From Ptychomitrium polyphyllum (taxonomy: Eukaryota), in contig OZ316776.1 in assembly GCA_973851085.1 (NCBI GenBank), forward strand, positions 2,356,001 through 2,420,000: 64,000 bases of DNA, given 5' to 3'. Within the stretch, counting starts at the first letter, position 1. Every line of letters starts with the position of its first letter. The notes below the pieces were generated by a model. That model saw nothing but the letters and a program-made list of their open reading frames with translations. It did not search any database and was not told the origin of the DNA. This document shows positions 58,050-64,000 of the stretch, in pieces. The position numbers were made by a program, and so were the translations under genes.

Positions 58050-59963
58050 CGTCTTTGTCACCACAAAAATAATGTAAAAAACACTAAGATCTAATATGTA
58101 GTATTACATATTTGTTGGCAATTGAATATGATGGGAATCAAAGATGGTTGACACTTCATTTATATTTTCTTGGTTTGATGTGGTAGTGATATTTCATATT
58201 TATTCATGATTGGATTCTAAAGTAGTTATGCCCAAAATCTTCTCAAGATATAAAACCAATTGTAGAAAATTTAGCTTTTCTATGATTATATACTATAGAA
58301 CAATTACTAATTAATTATAGATTTGTAGTTTCAAAACAAAAGAGTCACAAAGAAGGATTGGAAGAATTTAATTTGTATAATAAGAGAAAATTGAAGGATT
58401 ATTATACTTTAAATATTTAAATCTTGAGCATAAAAAGAACAAGGTGGAAGAATATATCATAGTACATAATATATTTGAACATAAGCTTAGAATATCTTAT
58501 TCAAAAAACAATTAAATAATGAATAAGTAGACTTAACAATGGCATAGAGCTCTAATAAATTATACAATATATGTTGCATTATCTTGTCAATTAAAAAATT
58601 ATGCTGCCTTGGAATCTTTATTAAATCTAAATTTAAAAAATAATAATTCTTTATTAATTTCAATGCTATGTATAATATTACACTTTTCATAATCATATTC
58701 AAATCAATTGAGTATGCACTACTAAGCACTTTTATAACCATTTAAAACTTGTAAGGACCAATTCATAAAAGAATTATTTCAAAAGACATTGGATTCAAAA
58801 TATAGTATTATAAGCATTTTAAAGTATAATTATCTCAAAATTTTCATCATCAAATTGTGTTTGTTTTTATGCTAGTATTTTCTTTCTTTTAAATAGATTT
58901 GGACTTTAAATACATTCAAAATGTATTCATTAATCACATACTAATTAATCAAAATTAAATCAAATGTACAAAACATAGAGTATGTAAATTATGAATTCTT
59001 TTTGAAAAAAAATTTATTTATAAAATGTAATGTATTCATATAGATTCATCAAACAAAAACTTCATAATATCTACTCTTGAAATATTTAAAATAACATCAT
59101 GTATTTATATTTACAAACATTTTTTTGATGTATATTTAGAAGAAGTACTCAAGAAGGAAAATGTACATTTACTTTATATTACATAATTATCCTAAATATT
59201 TTAAATATATGGTCTATAAATTCTTATTAAAGTTTCCTTATTTTCTTTCAAAATTTCAAAATTTAATGGAGGATATATAAGAATTTTATACAAGCATACA
59301 TCATTTGATTTAAAAACAAGTACAAGCTAAATATTTGTAAGAACATTAACTTACTACTAAAGTCATGTTTGTGTCCTTTGTTGCATTAGATATAATGGAA
59401 ATGTTAAATATGATTGTAATGAATATTCTTATGTAAATCATAACAAAATTTATCGTTATAACTTCAAGATTGGAAAACATTAGCAAAAGCCAAAATAAAT
59501 ATTGACCAAAATTTAATGATTAATAATCCAAATGTCTTCAATTTATCTAATTTTGGATAAAACTAAATTAAAAAAAAATATTGGCAAATATATAGTAGTT
59601 ACTTAAACCACCTTTTGAAGGTCATAACTCACTCAAAGTACATCCATATTGGATATAAGAGGTGTTTCTTGACATCTATGAAAAATTAAAATGTCAAAAA
59701 ACATAACAAATGTTTGATTTGGACAAAATTTGAGTGAGTTATGCACTTCAAAAAATTATCCAATACAAACAGAATAAGTTCACAGCAAATTACAAACAAA
59801 ATTGCAAAATGTCCAAAATTAGTAAAATCAAAAATAACTCTAATCAAATCAAATTATTCAAAACTTGCAATCGTCAATTTGATAAACTTCACTTAAAAAT
59901 TTTCAACAAACTATCAACCAAGATATTTTGTGACTAAAAATATTATGTATCTATACTTGAAAC
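58050..59963. other. AT-rich block (probable transposon remnant) abutting the inner end of the right arm
   Basis: Sharp compositional switch; contains a 25-bp inverted repeat pair at 59613-59753. Confidence 0.45.
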
Positions 59964-62961
59964 AGTTTCCAGAATGTCATCCTGCCCTCCGTCCAAAGAC
60001 AGGCAAATCTAGGGTTGAAAGACTGTAAACATTTGGTCCTTACTTCGTTCACCGAAAATAAATGAGATTTCTGGTTAGAGCACTTTTCAACTTATAAGAT
60101 CAACGCCACAAGCCAGTGACACTTTCGACAACCTTACGGTGGCGTCCTTGGGATTGTGTATGAGATTATCACTCGAGTATCATTGTAGAGTGATGGTCGT
60201 AATGGACTTCATGGACAAAACCATCAATTGAGAAGCAACCCGCAGGACGAATTTACGGATCTTCCGATCGTCAACTTGGAACAAAAGTAGCTTAGTCAAA
60301 TTCTCTGGCTTAAAATATGAAAGGTCACCTCGTATTAATCAGATTCACATAGACAACTCACTTGGCCTTCGGGTCATTTTCTCTAACAAAGTCCAACAAA
60401 GCAATATTATAGCAAACTACTGCCATAGAATTCTAAAGATATACACCTCCTTTCTGTTCACTTAGGTCCAGAAGTCTCCACCGATGAAGGTTTAAGATTT
60501 CTCCAGAGTCAAGTACTTGTTGAGTTCTCGCAAGTAAGCCAGAGCGGATAGGAGCGAACGGGTGCTCAACCGCCGACGTGCGCCAGGGAGGATGATCTTT
60601 GCGAGGCACCAACTAGGGAGTTCCTTTACTGGAATCGGAGTTCCAAGGCTACCAGAGATTACAGGGAGTGTACAATACCGTGTCCCAAGTGTGCAGCGCC
60701 CAACGTCACACTGCACTTCAAACCCGGATGTAAATGGTGACAATGTCCACGCCGACTTCTTATCCGAGTGCTGGCTTGCTGGTGCGGTATCAATGCCCAT
60801 TGCTCGGAAGTGGCGCAGTGTGAGTCGTCCGTCCAAGCTACCCATGAGCATCTGAACAGCAACATGGGCAACCTCCACAACCAAGCCAGCGGCTGCGGTG
60901 CTTGCGCAGCGGCCTGCTACACCTCTTCCCAGTCTTCACAGCTGGACGGCAGGTCAGAGATTAGCGGGATCAATGCTAGGTTTTGTAGGTTGAATCAGCT
61001 CGGAGTTGGTGACTTTTGGAGGTAGGAGCAGTTATTTCCGATGACACTGTACGGCTTCTGGTCGATTGACGTAATCAGTTGAACTTGATGACGTGATGAA
61101 ACTTAACCTACTACGATTCAACCGCGGCACTCACTTCTCAAGTTCTGTTCCACAAGCGTAAAAGACGGCGTTCTTGGCGGTATGCATTGAGAAGTGACGC
61201 ACTAACCAGAGAGCAGGAGCTGGTATCGCAGAGCTTTTCCCAGCCTGCAGTACCGGCGTTTCTATCTGTAAGATGGCATCTAGCATGACAAGTAAACTCG
61301 TAACCTGCAAGCTACGCACAACCATTGAGTGTGACGAATTGTTAACTCTGATGGAACTCGGTCCGTTCTTGCTGTGCCTTGCCTTAACAGGGCAGTTGAC
61401 TTGAGCTAAGATGCCCTCTGGTCCAGGCAAGCGGAAACTCGGCAAAGTGAACGTCTCTGGGATGTGAGCCGGATGAGGGGTCAATGCTCCGGCGCTCAGA
61501 TAAATCGATTTCCGATGGGACTAGCCAGATATGTTCGGCTTTCGGAGTAATTACTCATTGACATTCGAAGACTATTAAAAGGATGACACCAGTTGTCGCG
61601 ACGATACGGTTCCAGAGCGAAAGCAAGTTCTCCATTACGCGCCCATGCAACCGCGACGAAATCCTAGGGGCCATTTTCCGACGGGGATGTCAGCAGGTAC
61701 ACTGAACAATGCATGAGATTTACGATCGTGCATGTAAGTTAGATGTTCAAAACCGCTTTCAGTCAGTGACTCCTGGGATTGGTCGGTCAGTCACTCTCGG
61801 GCGCCAAAATTCACCGCCGAAACTTCCGAAGCCTTTCTAACACTCTAGCTTTCTAACCTTCGAAGCACCTCTGCCGGCCACGCATGAGAGCATCGCACTG
61901 CACATCGACACGCACCGGAGCTGATGCAGCATAAGAACCCGCACTCACTAGCTCACAACAGACCAGTCTCATCGGCTCGCTCGCATTCGGTGACCTCGCA
62001 TCCCACATTAAGCTCCTTCCAGTCCGTCATCGCTCGCCAGAATCGCACCATGGCGAGATCAATGTCTGCGGTGTTGGTCCTCGGCTTCCTGGTGGTGGCC
62101 ACGCTCTGCATGAGCGAGGCGTCAGCGTTCAACAGTAAGGGTGGTTTGCCGAGCGCGGACGTGAAGCTGACGCTGAAGAACAAGTGCAGCACCGACGTGG
62201 GCCTGCTGGTGGCCGTGGGCAAGGTACTGAACGCCAAGAAGGGCGAGCGGGCCGTGCTGGGCCCCGTGAAGGTGAAGCTGGTCGCGCTGAACCTGCTGAG
62301 GGTTAAGCTCCTCGTGTTCGGCAAGAACGGCAAGCTGCTGAAGCTCAATGTGGTTGTCAACCTCAACCTGAGCCTGCTGGGCAAGATCGTGAAGGGCGTC
62401 ACGGAACTCCTGCTGGAAGTGGTGGAGGAAATCGTGGAGGGAGTCGAGGGCAAGGTGATCAAGCTCCTGTGCGGCAAGGTGGTGCTCGCCAAGGTGATCG
62501 TGAAGCTCTGAAGGGTGTACAAGCCCAGCCGATCACGTCTTAGGAACGGAATCCGGCAGGGCCATTCGTTGCTGAACATGGCCGGAGAGGAGGGTGAGCT
62601 CAGTCGAACAACGAGTAGATGTGGATCCGGGCGTGTCTCATACATGTGAACGCGCGTGTGATATTGTTTGTGTGAGACTGCGCGCACTCAACTCAGCTGA
62701 GTGGCATGCAAGTCGAGGTCTGTAGAGGTGGCTGTTGTAGGGCGAGGAATGTGAATAGGGACCAGGGTAGCGACGGACTCCTGGCTTGCTGTAGAGCTGA
62801 GGATGAAGACGATCAGGCTTCAATGGCCCTTCTTGTGCTGCCTTGTGTTCGATATGCCAGCTGCATGGTGTAATAAATTCTGAATTTCAGCGAACGTTTT
62901 GAAGGTCTGGTTCGGGATATGTCCAGTTGACTCAACGCGTTAGATGGGCTGCTGGTGCGAT
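59964..62961. repeat. Right arm of the 2,998-bp inverted duplication
   Basis: Reverse complement of 52550-55547. Confidence 0.97.
62050..62511 (+). CDS. Uncharacterised secreted Leu/Val/Lys-rich protein, 153 aa (copy 2, identical translation)
   Basis: Mirror of 53000-53461; AATAAA at about 62872. Confidence 0.8.
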   Translation: MARSMSAVLVLGFLVVATLCMSEASAFNSKGGLPSADVKLTLKNKCSTDVGLLVAVGKVLNAKKGERAVLGPVKVKLVALNLLRVKLLVFGKNGKLLKLNVVVNLNLSLLGKIVKGVTELLLEVVEEIVEGVEGKVIKLLCGKVVLAKVIVKL

Positions 62962-64000
62962 GGTTGGTGTGCGTTGTTGTATCTTATTTACGGACTGAAT
63001 GATTTGTAGGTTGTTCTGAAGAGATGATTTATATGGTCGAAAATATTTTGATTGTAGAAGCTTTGAGGTGGAAGAATCTTGGTTTCGAACAAATTATACC
63101 CGTTGGGAAGTAGGTGGTGATGTAGTCGCGTAATGGGAGGAAATGTTTGGATATATTATTTTTTAAGTTTGGAATAATATGTTTACATGTATGGATATTG
63201 AAGTGCGATGAATTTGGAAATCTTTTGGTACATACGAGAGTTCAGCTGAGTTGACAATTATTGTAGAATCTTTTTGCTTATCGTGTTATGTTATATGATG
63301 TTTGATTTGTTTGAAAAAGATATTATTTTTGAGATTTCTATCCGATGTCTTATGTAGTCTGGAATGTTATAATTTGAGAGTTTTATGTATCCCACTCTTG
63401 TAAATATGGCATTTTTTTTTCAAGTTTGTAATACGGAATGGAATGTGATGACGAAGATGTATTATGGTAGAGCTAGTATTTTATGAAGTTTATATTGAGA
63501 TTTGTCTCAGAGGTTGTGTACATATGGACTCACCTAGTACTTAGAGTGGATGAATCCTCCATTATTAATTGTATAGACTTTGACTAAAGTATAAGTTATT
63601 ATAAGGAATTTAAAATACCACACTTATCATTTTGAACTAAAGGTGGTTTTATTAATGAGCGGGACACTGATGATTGGTTTTGTATAAAGGTTTCTATCCA
63701 ATTTTCGTTGACATAATTACCAAAAGTTTCCTAAAGGCGGCCTTAAACGAAAAATCGTTTAGCCCTAGCCTTTAGTGAAGGTCGCGCGTTGTGCTGGCCA
63801 GACCGGGGCGGTTGTCGTACACCGGGTGTCAACCAGAACGGCAAAACCAAGGGCTTCTGCTTGAGGATCCTTGTTTTCTCTGCAAGTGGCAAAGTTGTTA
63901 TCACTGTATGTGTGTGCGCGCGCGTGTGTTGCCTGTTATCCGCATCCTCGTACTCTCTGTCTCGCATGCGCGTCCTGTCTCGCTATCTCGCCGTCTTCCT

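Noticed and set aside
52550..62961. Arms as terminal inverted repeats of a giant DNA transposon that captured RPL15, or as a hairpin-RNA gene
   Set aside because: No TSD or transposon-type termini, the arms are host-gene DNA, and the arm genes transcribe outward so their own mRNAs cannot fold back.

Overview
Eukaryotic nuclear DNA from a land plant (spliced genes, plant-type proteins; the retroelement content suggests a bryophyte-like lineage, which is inference). There are three zones. (1) 1-23 kb, gene-rich: an intronless DsbA/FrnE-type thiol oxidoreductase, an 8-exon IRE1 kinase/RNase with a heat-shock-element-bearing solo LTR upstream, a PLAC8/PCR-family gene, an SRPBCC/polyketide-cyclase-like gene and, head-to-head with it, an intronless NADPH-cytochrome P450 reductase. 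(2) About 23-51 kb, a nested, rearranged retrotransposon island: a degenerate gag remnant, Ty3/gypsy elements A, B and C (B and C retain chromodomains), an inverted partial copy of C, and a copia RNase H remnant. Elements A and C lack a tRNA primer-binding site. Each instead has an 11-nt sequence just inside the 5' LTR that is complementary to the predicted transcript start, with a compensatory base change between the two families, which points to Tf1-like self-priming. (3) 52.5-63 kb, a near-perfect 2,998-bp inverted duplication whose arms each carry a complete gene for an unrecognised Leu/Val/Lys-rich secreted protein and enclose the RPL15 gene. All coordinates and alignments were done by eye; no database searches were run.
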